Positions 1 to 9,000 of a stretch of DNA of 11,152 nt are shown here, piece after piece. The position numbers and the translations under genes were made by a program. The notes beneath the pieces are model-generated. The model ran no database searches and was not told where the DNA came from. It saw nothing but the letters and a program-made list of their open reading frames with translations. This DNA comes from an uncultured Janthinobacterium sp. (GTDB lineage: Bacteria > Vulcanimicrobiota > Vulcanimicrobiia > Vulcanimicrobiales > Vulcanimicrobiaceae), in contig CAZZXB010000061.1 of the NCBI GenBank assembly GCA_964658025.1, positions 1 to 11,152 of the forward strand, written 5' to 3'. Every line of letters starts with the position of its first letter. Within the stretch, counting starts at the first letter, position 1.

Positions 1-50
1 GCACAGGTCTGAAAAACCTGGTGTCGCCGGTTCGATCCCGGCTCTCGGCA
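1..50 (+). tRNA. tRNA-Phe(GAA), 5' end truncated by the window edge; CCA not encoded
   Basis: Anticodon stem CAGGT(4-8)/ACCTG(16-20) with loop CTGAAAA (anticodon GAA at 11-13). Variable loop GTGTC. T-arm GCCGG-TTCGATC-CCGGC (26-42). Acceptor 3' strand TCTCGGC (43-49) and discriminator A50, followed by TAT rather than CCA. Confidence 0.96.
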
Positions 51-57
51 TATTTCG

Positions 58-91
58 AAAACTCGCAAGGCGCTTCGCTTTGCGAGTTTTT
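58..91 (+). terminator. Intrinsic terminator after tRNA-Phe, probably bidirectional
   Basis: AAAACTCGCAAGGCG(58-72)-CTT-CGCTTTGCGAGTTTT(76-90): a 15-bp inverted repeat with one G-U pair. It has a T-tract on the + strand and an A-tract on the 5' side, and lies between the tRNA and a convergent minus-strand gene. Confidence 0.88.
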
Positions 92-385
92 ACGTCTGCT
101 TCCGCTAAGCGATCGTGTCCGCGAATGCGATCGCTCGATAATCATCCGACGTCGGCGGGATGCGCTCAATCAGACGCCGTCATTTATGGTCGTCTCGGCG
201 TTGGTCCGTCTCGCGCACGGCCCCGATGGTTCGGTCGCAACCGAACGAGCGGCGATGCGAGACTTCGGCGAAGGGCGAGATCGGTCCGACCGCCGCTTGC
301 GGAGAACGGATCGCCGGAAGCGCCGATCGCACGAACCCATCGAAGTCGATGCCGTCGTGGAGACGGCATCGACTCGCGCGTGCGA

Positions 386-868
386 TTACGGGAGACAGAT
401 CGCGTTGAAGGTGATCGCGACCGTCGACGCGTTTCCCCGACCGTCGGTCACGGTGACGCTCGTGGTCTGCGTCGACGATTTCGTGGTCGACGAAGGCGTC
501 ACGGCGAACGCGCTCGTCGACGACGGCGTTACCGTGACGAGCGTCGGATCCGCCGCCGTAGCGGAGAACGTACCGCTAAAGCCCGTCTCGCTCGCCGTGA
601 AGTTCCTCGCCGCGTTTCCGCAAGCGTTGCTCGGATTCGCCTCGAACGCGAGGCTGTTCGGCGAGAGGGCGATCGCGCTCGACGTCGGCACGGCCGTCGG
701 GGTCGCCGTCGGCACTCCGCTCGGAACGCTCGTCGGCGTGGCCGTGGCTCCGGGCGCGGCGGTCGGCGCGATCTTGCCGGGAGCGAACGTGGTGGACCCG
801 CCGCTACACGCGGCAAGCGAAATGGCGCCGATATACGCGATACCGACGAATGGTCGTTGTCGAAACAC
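386..868 (-). CDS. Hypothetical lipoprotein (~160 aa): Pro/Thr-rich linker plus a small beta-rich (Ig-like) domain
   Basis: Start re-called at GTG 868, with GAGG 7 nt upstream, inside the 386..988 ORF. N-terminus MFRQRPFVGIAYIGAISLAA-C21 is a signal peptide II with lipobox LAAC. Next comes the linker PTAAPGATATPTSVPSGVPTATPTAVPT, then beta-strand-like segments (LVTVTP, TSVTVTDGRGNASTVAITF) and two further Cys. Confidence 0.85.
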   Translation of the reverse strand: MFRQRPFVGIAYIGAISLAACSGGSTTFAPGKIAPTAAPGATATPTSVPSGVPTATPTAVPTSSAIALSPNSLAFEANPSNACGNAARNFTASETGFSGTFSATAADPTLVTVTPSSTSAFAVTPSSTTKSSTQTTSVTVTDGRGNASTVAITFNAICLP

Positions 869-1228
869 CGAGGGACCTCGCAAGAAGTGGTTGCGCCCAC
901 CATACGCCGACCACATACCGACCGAACATTGGGGAAAACCCGTAGATGTCGGGCCGCGGCGGCGATCGCTCGGGCGCCTTGAGCGCACGCAGATCGGTCG
1001 GCACGGGCGACGACGTCATCTCCTCGAAGATTTCTGCCCGAGCGTCGAGCGCGACGTCCGAAGCGTCATATCGTCGCCTCGTGCCGGATCCCACGCGAGA
1101 TCGTAGTCAGAATGTTCTTGCCGCGATCGCGGTGCGCTCGTGGTAGGACCAGCTCACGATCGCCTTGAGAAGCGCGAGCGTCCGGCGCACTGAAAGTAGC
1201 GTTCATTCGAGCGTCGACTGCGCGTCCG

Positions 1229-1744
1229 TCAACGAAGTGGTCCGCCGGTTTTGATCGCTCGTTGCACGATGCGATCTGCCTTTGACGGTGGTGACAGCCG
1301 GCAGTCGTCTTCGTTCGGGAATGGTTCTAGGTCTGCTTCGGATGCGTTGTACGCCATGTTGCACGCTTCGCCGATCGGATGCACCCAGAGTTGCGAGCCA
1401 TCTGATCGAAGTCCGTCGTGCGGCAATCCGACGTAGAGCATTACGTCGTGGTTCGCGTACGCTCTGAGCGTAAACATCAAACTCCCCCGTTCGTCCTTCG
1501 GGAGCGCGGCGAGGACTCGTCTGATAATGTCTCGGGTGCGCGTCGTCGGCAGTGGCACCCCAGGCTCGCCGATCGTGAAGACACTAAAATTCACTTGCGG
1601 CTTCGTCTTCGCACTCGGACTATCGTCGGCAAGCACTACGGGCACGTGACGGGTGGCAGCGTTCGATGTAGATGCGCCGACGCTTAGCGCAATAGTCAGG
1701 AAAGCGGATAGTAGCGTGATGCTCTTCGACAACCGGTCGCTCAT
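1229..1744 (-). CDS. Secreted hypothetical protein (~171 aa)
   Basis: Start re-called at ATG 1744 (M51 of the 1229..1894 ORF), with purine-rich GAAGAAG upstream. MSDRLSKSITLLSAFLTIALSVGASTSNA looks like a Sec signal peptide. The remainder has globular composition with two Cys. GC is ~55% in the lines counted, below the flanks. Confidence 0.75.
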   Translation of the reverse strand: MSDRLSKSITLLSAFLTIALSVGASTSNAATRHVPVVLADDSPSAKTKPQVNFSVFTIGEPGVPLPTTRTRDIIRRVLAALPKDERGSLMFTLRAYANHDVMLYVGLPHDGLRSDGSQLWVHPIGEACNMAYNASEADLEPFPNEDDCRLSPPSKADRIVQRAIKTGGPLR

Positions 1745-2196
1745 TGCACGTGCTTCTTCGCTTTTCGATACGCGGTGGCATTCAGCTCGTTCGATGCGAT
1801 CGACGAATGTCGCCCCAGAACTACCGCTGCGGTGCAACGTGGATCCCGATCGCCGCGCGCGGCTCGACGTCGCCGCGGCGCGCGAGTGGCGCACCCGATT
1901 CGCACGTCGCTCATTGGCTGCCGGGTCGTGGGATCCGGCTCGAGAGGCCGGCGGCGATCCTAGCGGGCTTTGCAGCAGGGCGCTCGAGGCCGCCCGCGGC
2001 GATCGTGCAGCGCAAGTAATTCGTGGTTCTGTGGCGCCTTCGGCGCGTAGGGGCGGCCTGTACGGGTCGATGCGTGACCGCTCGAGGCCGCGAATACGAC
2101 GGTCGCTCCCCGCGAGCCCGAAAGGCGCGAGCGGCCTTCACGAACCGCAGATCCGCGAGCCCGGGGTCGGGCGGGGCGCGATCCCCCGGCCGTGCG

Positions 2197-4503
2197 TTAT
2201 CGGTACGTCGCCCGTTGCATCGTTCGAAGCGCGTGGCGGCGACCGTTGGGGATCGGCCTCGCCGTACGGAGCACGGCGGGACCGACCGACGATGCGGGGC
2301 CCGTCGCGCCGACCGCGATCGCGACCGGGATGTGCGCGAAGTTTTCGTAGTGCGCGATGCGCGACGTCGGCGCGATGTCCGTGTGATTCCCCGTGAGCCC
2401 GCGCGTATCGTAGACGTCGATCTCCGGGGCGTAGGTGGTGGTAAAGGTGTTCGTGTTCGTCGTCGCTCCCGGATTGAGGACGTAGACGAATCCGTCGTGC
2501 GCGGCGATGTATTGGCCGATCGATCCGGTGGTGTCGCCGAATTTCCCGACGACGTCGCCGCCGATCGAGAAGAGCGGTTTCGCGTCGACGTTCGTATTCG
2601 TGACGGCCGCTCCGGCGACGCTCGCGTCGATCGTGTACGCCGTCACGTAGAAGTGGGAGAACTGATCCGCACACATATTCGGACCGCCGAACGTCGCCGA
2701 CGAAGACGGCGGAGGGCAACCGCCGAGGCCCTGTCCCGACGTGTCCTCGTTCAGCACGTAGAGGACGTTTCCGTCGATCGTGGCCGCGGCTTCTTGCGGA
2801 CCGACGAAGAGCCCGGTGCTCGGTCCGGCGATCGTCGAACTCGGCAACGCGACGCCGCCGTTCGCCTGCGTGTCGCTTTCGGGCAAGAGCGCGATCCCGC
2901 CGGCGTTGGGCGTGTAATTTCCGGGCCCGGTCGTCGCGGAGTCGAAATATCCCGGTTGGAACAGCAGGCCCGCTCCCGCGCCGAACAGCAGGTTCTGCGT
3001 CGCGAACGCGTTGCTCGACGTGGTGCCGGAGCAGTAGGGCGCGAGCACCGGAATCTCTTGGAAGCACGTGTATCCGATCGCGCTCGTTTGATTCGCATTC
3101 GAGACGTCGGGCGTGAATCCGAAGATTCCCGGCCCGGGCGCGAGCGGTTGGGAGAACAGCACGTCGTTGCTCGCGTCGATCGCGAGCGGACCGCCGCCGG
3201 GCAGACCGAACACGTTGAGCGGTCCGGGCGCGTAGCGATCCGATATCGTCGGTTCGACCGGACCGTGCGCCGAAGCCGGAAATCCGAACGCGGCATAATC
3301 GTAGGTTCCGTCGCCGCACGACGGGCTCACGTAGATCGAACCGCTCTTCGAGACGGCGACGCCGTAGGTTCCGTTCCCGCTCGAGGGCAGCGAATATCCG
3401 CTCGATGCGGGACTGCATACGAAGGTCGATCCGACTTGCGACGGCGGCGGCGTCTGGAGTTGGAGGACGCGACGCGGCGTCGCCGCCGGGACGGGGACCG
3501 ACGTCCCGTTCGGCGCATCGAACTCTTCGACCGTATCCGTGTCCGTGACGTCGACGTAGAGACTGTATCCGGTGTTCGGAGGCGTGGTCGGTTTCGGCGT
3601 CCCGCTAATGGTCGCGACGAGCGGAGGCGCGGTCGCGGTCGCACCGTTTTCGTCGGTCGTCGATGCGCCGAGGATCGCCTCTCCGCGGATCGAGAACCCG
3701 CCGTCGTACGCGAGCGGGATCGGCGTCGTGATCGGCCCCGCGACGCTCAACGTACTTCGCGCGCCGCCGATCGTGAAGTCGCTCGAATCGTCGATCGTCA
3801 CGGTGATCGGTGCCGCGAACGTCGCGTTTCCGACGATCGCGGCGCCCGCCGGATCGAAGGCTTGGAGGAGTAGGCCGAGCGTCGATGGCGTACCCGCCGT
3901 GAAGGCCGGCGGCGAAACCGATCCGAGCGCGATGCTCGCGACGTAGCCGCCGACGGTCAGCGTTCCGGCTCCGAGCTTCGCGGGCGACGTCGCCGGGACG
4001 GTGACGTCGATGAAGCCCGTCGAGATGACGTTTCCCGTCCCGTCGGGCCCGGAGTACGTCGTGACGACGTACTCGTCGGTCCCTTTCGCAGCCGGGATAT
4101 CGGTCGGCGTCGTAAACGTGCAACCCGCGACGGCCGAGGGACAGAATTTGCTCGGGTCGATCGGGGCGATCGCGGGGGGCACGACGAGAAACCCCTGACC
4201 GTCGACGAGCGCGAGCGTGAGCACGATCGATCCGGTTTTCGCCGAAAGGTATTGCGACAAAGCATTCGCGCGCGTGCGTCCCGTCGTTCCCCGCCTGAGA
4301 CGCCCGGTGACGATCGGCGTGGCGTTCGCCGGAATCGAAACCGTGAGCGCGATCTTCTGATCGATGGGCTCCGTACTCCCGGTGCCCGGAATCGACGTCG
4401 CGGGCGTACTCGGCGTCGAGCCGCCGCCGCCGCCCGAACAGGAAACGATTCCGATCGCCGAAGCGGCGAAGGCGAGCGAGACGAGGCGCGTGTGGAAACG
4501 CAT
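2197..4503 (-). CDS. Large surface lipoprotein (~768 aa): N-terminal beta-sandwich-like domains and a C-terminal beta-propeller/NHL-like region
   Basis: ATG at 4503 overlaps the upstream TGA (TGATG). MRFHTRLVSLAFAASAIGIVS-C22 is followed by SGGGGGS, giving a lipobox and tether. The C-terminal half has propeller-blade-like strands (SLYVDVTD, YGVAVSKSGSIYVS, PLAIDASNDVLFS, TIDGNVLYVLN, AHDGFVYVLN, PVAIAV). The first 263 aa of the 2197..5292 ORF are Arg-rich shadow sequence overlapping the upstream gene. Confidence 0.88.
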   Translation of the reverse strand: MRFHTRLVSLAFAASAIGIVSCSGGGGGSTPSTPATSIPGTGSTEPIDQKIALTVSIPANATPIVTGRLRRGTTGRTRANALSQYLSAKTGSIVLTLALVDGQGFLVVPPAIAPIDPSKFCPSAVAGCTFTTPTDIPAAKGTDEYVVTTYSGPDGTGNVISTGFIDVTVPATSPAKLGAGTLTVGGYVASIALGSVSPPAFTAGTPSTLGLLLQAFDPAGAAIVGNATFAAPITVTIDDSSDFTIGGARSTLSVAGPITTPIPLAYDGGFSIRGEAILGASTTDENGATATAPPLVATISGTPKPTTPPNTGYSLYVDVTDTDTVEEFDAPNGTSVPVPAATPRRVLQLQTPPPSQVGSTFVCSPASSGYSLPSSGNGTYGVAVSKSGSIYVSPSCGDGTYDYAAFGFPASAHGPVEPTISDRYAPGPLNVFGLPGGGPLAIDASNDVLFSQPLAPGPGIFGFTPDVSNANQTSAIGYTCFQEIPVLAPYCSGTTSSNAFATQNLLFGAGAGLLFQPGYFDSATTGPGNYTPNAGGIALLPESDTQANGGVALPSSTIAGPSTGLFVGPQEAAATIDGNVLYVLNEDTSGQGLGGCPPPSSSATFGGPNMCADQFSHFYVTAYTIDASVAGAAVTNTNVDAKPLFSIGGDVVGKFGDTTGSIGQYIAAHDGFVYVLNPGATTNTNTFTTTYAPEIDVYDTRGLTGNHTDIAPTSRIAHYENFAHIPVAIAVGATGPASSVGPAVLRTARPIPNGRRHALRTMQRATYR

Positions 4504-6038
4504 CAGGAACCTGCGGCGGGCGGCGAGCGGGTGAACGGAACGTATTGCGGATAGCTCGTCGTGACGTCGGCTTGGCCCGAGGTTCCGGTGATCTTGGGCG
4601 TCTGCGACGTGGCGAACGGATACGACGATTCGTACGCGGGATAATCGAATCCGACGGCTTGAATTTGAGCGATGAATTGTTGGTTCGCCACGGCGGGCGC
4701 GCCGATGTTGGTCAGCTCGGATTGCTCGGCCGCGACGTCTCCGACCGTGCAGAACGTATGCGTGGGGACGCCGCTCGTCTTTCCCGGCGGTCCGAGATTC
4801 GGCGGGACGAAGATCGACGATTGCGGGCCGCTCCCGTGGACGACGAACGCATAATGGTTGAAGTAAACCGATCCGCCGTTGAACTCGCGCCCGACGAGAT
4901 CGCAGTCGCTCGAGGCGATGAAGATGATCGTCTCCGATGCACCCGCCGGGACGAGGAGGTTGCGGATGATGCCGCTCCCGTCTTGCTGGATTTGGAGCAC
5001 GGGCGGCTGCATCGGCGCGAGGCCCGCGACGTTCTCGAGCGTCGCATTCGCGGCGACCGAAGCCGACGTCGCGTAATCCGTGCTCGTCGGGTACGACACC
5101 GATAAGCCGTACGTTCCCGCGACGGGCGTCGCGACGAAATCGGTGAACCCGGTCGGGTAGCCGACGAAATACTGATAGTTGCCGTATCCTTGCGGCGACG
5201 GCCACGCCGGAGGGCCGCCGAACGCCTGGATCGGAAACGCCGGATCGAAGAGTGCGGAGTTCGCCGGAGCGCAATCCTGTGGGCACGTGCACACCGCTTG
5301 CGCGCTGAACTTTCCGTCGCCGCTCGGAATGGGGAGCGCGAGTTCGCCCGAACGCTCGAGCTCGGCGAATTGGCTCGTCGGCGCGGGCGCACTCCCCGTG
5401 AACCCCGTCCCGACGATCGCCGCGGCGCTCCCGTAAAAACTTCCGGGAGCGCTACCCGCGGGCGAGAAGTCGATCCCCGCGGCCTGCGGCGTTCCGACGG
5501 TATAGCCCGGAAACCCCACGCCCTCGCAGAACGGAACGTCGCCCGCAAAATTGCTTTGGATTTTCGAATCGTCGATCGCGAATCGATTATCGGCGGCCAG
5601 GCCGTATCCGAAAACGCCGACGTACGGACCGAGCCCCGACGTCAACTTCGCGAACGTCGCCGTCTGCGCGGTCTCCGGATGTTGCACGAGCGCGTTTTCC
5701 AGCGCGACGTATTGCGCGGTGGTGAAGCCCGAGACGACGTTCGAGTTGCCGAGCAACGGACCGAACGAAAAGCCTTTCGGTCCCGTGATCGTCGGCGTGT
5801 TCGTGTTCGTCGCGTTATTGCCGTCGGCACTTCGGAACGTCGCGACGACGTTGAGGCCGCGAACGCTCGCGCCGTTCGCGATCCCGATCGTCGCCGTACC
5901 GACGGCGAACTGGAGCTTCGCGGTTTTCGCGACGTCGGGAACGGCCGCTTGCGGGAGTTGCGCCGACTGGCCGGACGTACATCCGGCGAGCAGGCCGCTC
6001 GCCGCCAGCATCGAGACGATTCGACGAACGATCACCAT
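4503..6038 (-). CDS. Hypothetical lipoprotein (~511 aa), directly downstream of the TonB-dependent receptor
   Basis: ATG at 6038 overlaps the receptor's TGA (TGATG). MVIVRRIVSMLAASGLLAG-C20 has the canonical lipobox LAGC. The mature part is rich in Gly, Ala, Pro, Thr and aromatic residues, with six further Cys. The upstream part of the 4503..7544 ORF is shadow sequence of the receptor gene. Confidence 0.9.
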   Translation of the reverse strand: MVIVRRIVSMLAASGLLAGCTSGQSAQLPQAAVPDVAKTAKLQFAVGTATIGIANGASVRGLNVVATFRSADGNNATNTNTPTITGPKGFSFGPLLGNSNVVSGFTTAQYVALENALVQHPETAQTATFAKLTSGLGPYVGVFGYGLAADNRFAIDDSKIQSNFAGDVPFCEGVGFPGYTVGTPQAAGIDFSPAGSAPGSFYGSAAAIVGTGFTGSAPAPTSQFAELERSGELALPIPSGDGKFSAQAVCTCPQDCAPANSALFDPAFPIQAFGGPPAWPSPQGYGNYQYFVGYPTGFTDFVATPVAGTYGLSVSYPTSTDYATSASVAANATLENVAGLAPMQPPVLQIQQDGSGIIRNLLVPAGASETIIFIASSDCDLVGREFNGGSVYFNHYAFVVHGSGPQSSIFVPPNLGPPGKTSGVPTHTFCTVGDVAAEQSELTNIGAPAVANQQFIAQIQAVGFDYPAYESSYPFATSQTPKITGTSGQADVTTSYPQYVPFTRSPPAAGS

Positions 6039-9000
6039 CAGAATCCCGCCTGTACGTACGCCCGAACGGCGATCGGTGGTTGGTTGGGGTAGACGACGTA
6101 CGGCGTCGTCGCCGATCCGACCGACGTGAGGCCGCCGTGATACGTGTCGACGACCGACGACGAGCCGTCGCCGCTGCAGAGGCCGGTGACGACGAGCACG
6201 CAGTTTCGCGAGAGGTTGGGAAACGGCAGGCTCGCGACGCGATCGAAAAGATTCGCGATCGATACGCCGTAGGTGAGGCCCTTGCGTCCCGTTTGCGGCG
6301 TCAGCTCGATCGTGAGCGTCGTGTTGATCTGCGGATGCGAGAGCAGACTTCCGGGACCGCTCGTCGCCGACTCGAGACCGCGGAGCGCCGAGAGATTCGG
6401 ATTCGTGAACGTCCCGGGGTTTTGCGGATTGACCGTCCCCGACGAAAGGATCGCGGCGTACGCGTTGGCGAGCAGCGCGTCGGTATACGGCACGTAATAC
6501 GGTTGGCCGTCGATCGTGAACGCCGCGTAGGTTCCGGCACCGTACGGATATCCGCTCGCGAAGTTGACGATGGGATTGACGCGCAGTCCCCATTTCGTCC
6601 GGTACGTCAGCGCGAGCGTGCTCTGCAACGGTGCGAGGTTCGGAGATCGGTAGAGTTCGCCGAGTTGGACCGAGGCCGTCGGGAGGTACTCGCCCGGCGG
6701 ATCGTTGCCGATCTGGTTGATGTACGTCGCCGAGATCGTTCCGGTCAGGCCGCTCGGGCGTAGCGGCGACGTCGCTTCGAATTCGATTCCGGTCGCGCGC
6801 TGCGTGCCGAGGTTCGATTGGATCTCCGGACTGAGCTGTTGCGTTCCCGTCGGACCGTCGATGCCGAGAAGCGTTTGCGACGTCTCGACGACGTCGTGAC
6901 CGAGTCGGTAGAAGGGCGTGAGCTTGACGGCGACGCCGTTCTTGAACTCGTGCGAATACGAGAAGTCGAAGTTCGTGAAGGTCGAGCCGCGCAGCGGGTA
7001 CGTGATCGCGTTCTGATCGGCGAAACGTGCGTTTCGCGTCAGCCAATACAACTGATCGCCGTAGTTCGCGCAGGTTTGCGTTCCGCTGAAATACGTGGAG
7101 CCCGCGATCGAGATCGACTTCCCCGGTCCGCAATACGTGGCGGCCTTCCCCGTGACGCTGTCGTACGACGGAACGTTCGAGAACGCGGCGTAATCGGACC
7201 GGTCGATATTGTTCCCGATGAACGTGACGAGCGGCGTGATGAGCGTCGTGCCGAAGTTCGCCCGCACGGCGTCGCGATTGCCGAGTTTGTACGTCAATCC
7301 GACGTGCGGTTCGTAGAGACGCTGGTGTCGCACGCCGTCGACGGCCGGCGGGTTTTGCGGATCGTCGGGGATGAGAAAATTGTAGCCGTCGAGCCGCAGA
7401 CCCAGGAGCGCGCGAAAGCGCGTATTCGGTGCGAACGTATCCTGCGCGTACAGCGCGTAGTTCTGTTGCTGCGCCGTCGGGACTTCCGTCTCGGGCGGCA
7501 ACGCGGGCGGGCCGCCGGGAAAGTACTTGTAGAGATAGCCGCAATGCTCTTGGGGCGGCGCGTTGACCGGATTCGACGCCGGCCCGTATCCGACGCAGAA
7601 CGGATTGACCCCGGCCGCGGGCTTGATGTAATCCGCGAGGATGTCGTGCGTGAACGCGCCGAGATTGACGAAGTCGGGCCCGACCGTCGTGTATTGGCCT
7701 TCGTAGGCGCCCGTGTAGTCGACGTAGTTCGTGCGTTGGCCGAACGGCGTGACGAACTCGTATTTTCCGCCGACCTGTACGGTGTTGTGCGGCCCGACCA
7801 CGCGCGTGATGTCGGCCGTGAGACCGCGCCGTATCCCGCCGCTCGCCGACGTGTAGATACCCTGCGACGGCAAGACCTGCGTCGCCGCGTTGTCGGTCCG
7901 ATAATAGCGCACGCCGAGCGACGTCGAGGATCCGATGTTGTTGTCGTATTCGATCTTGTACGCCGAGAAGGGGCTGTCGATCGTCTCCGGCGAGCCGAGT
8001 TGGCCGCCCGGGGTCGCACCGAACGTCGGGGTGACGAATCGCTGTAGGAAGTTCGCCGGAGCGTTGAGGAGGCTCAGCGAGTTCGTCGTGTTTCCCGTAG
8101 GATTGAATTGCAGGCTGTTCTGAAAGAAGATCGTTTGCGGGATCGCCGTGAGCAAGCCGTACCCGCCGTAATCGAGATCCTGATGGACGTTCTGATTCTG
8201 CACGAAGAATTGCAGCGTCTGGTTACCGTTACGTCCGAATTTGAAGACGAAGTTATCGAGAAAATCGCGCGACGTCTGACGCGACTTATTGAAGAATGCG
8301 GTCGTGAAGATACGCCGCTGGCCGCTCGTGTAGATGGTGCTGAGGTTGGGGTCTTGCGTGGTCGGATCGGCGAGGATCGCGGTCGCGCTCGTGCCGTACG
8401 GCCCGTACTGATAGTCGGTGTTCTCCGACGTGTAGCTCAGATAATTCGAAACGCGCTGATTCGGCGTCGCGAACCCGTATTCGAATCCGCCCTGCAATGC
8501 CGATCCGACGAGCCCGCCTTCGAAGTCGAGCGAGCCGAAACCGGGATAGGTCCCCCGTTTTGCCGTTACGGCGATGAGCCCCGTGCCCGTGTTGCCGTGC
8601 GTGGCGTCGCCCGCGCCCGGGATGATCTCGACCGACCCGACCCCGTTGAGCAGATAGTTGGAACCGACGTTCTCGAAGCGATCGGTGAGATTCCGATTGG
8701 GCTCGCTGTAATCGATGCCCTCGAATTGGAAGCCGCCTTGGAACGACGTGCCGCCGCGGATGAGCGCGGTGCCGTTACGATCGATCGTGACGCTCGGAAG
8801 TTCGGAGAGCAGCTCCTTCCCGTTCGTATTGAACGTCTTGCCGAGGAGTTGCTCGATGCCTTGCGCGTTGACCGTGTAGCGGTCGACGGTCTGGTCGGGC
8901 TGATAGGCGCTCGTGATCGATCTCCCGCGACTGACGACGCGACCGATCGTGCGTAGCGGCCGAACGAGCGCCACGTCGAAGTGATACGCCTCGTCCGCGG

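Noticed and set aside
92..385. Small ORFs 160..408 (+) and 184..369 (-)
   Set aside because: They have no convincing RBS, motif or coding-like composition, so I left the region unannotated.
21..1106. Plus-strand ORFs 21..1106 and 80..982
   Set aside because: They overlap the tRNA or terminator and are antisense to the 386-868 lipoprotein gene. Their composition is typical of GC-rich shadow ORFs.
1981..2091. 13-bp direct repeat CGCTCGAGGCCGC (1981, 2079) and GC-rich hairpins around 2030-2190 as CRISPR or riboswitch
   Set aside because: There are only two short copies with no array structure, and I recognise no riboswitch consensus. Such hairpins are expected at this GC level.
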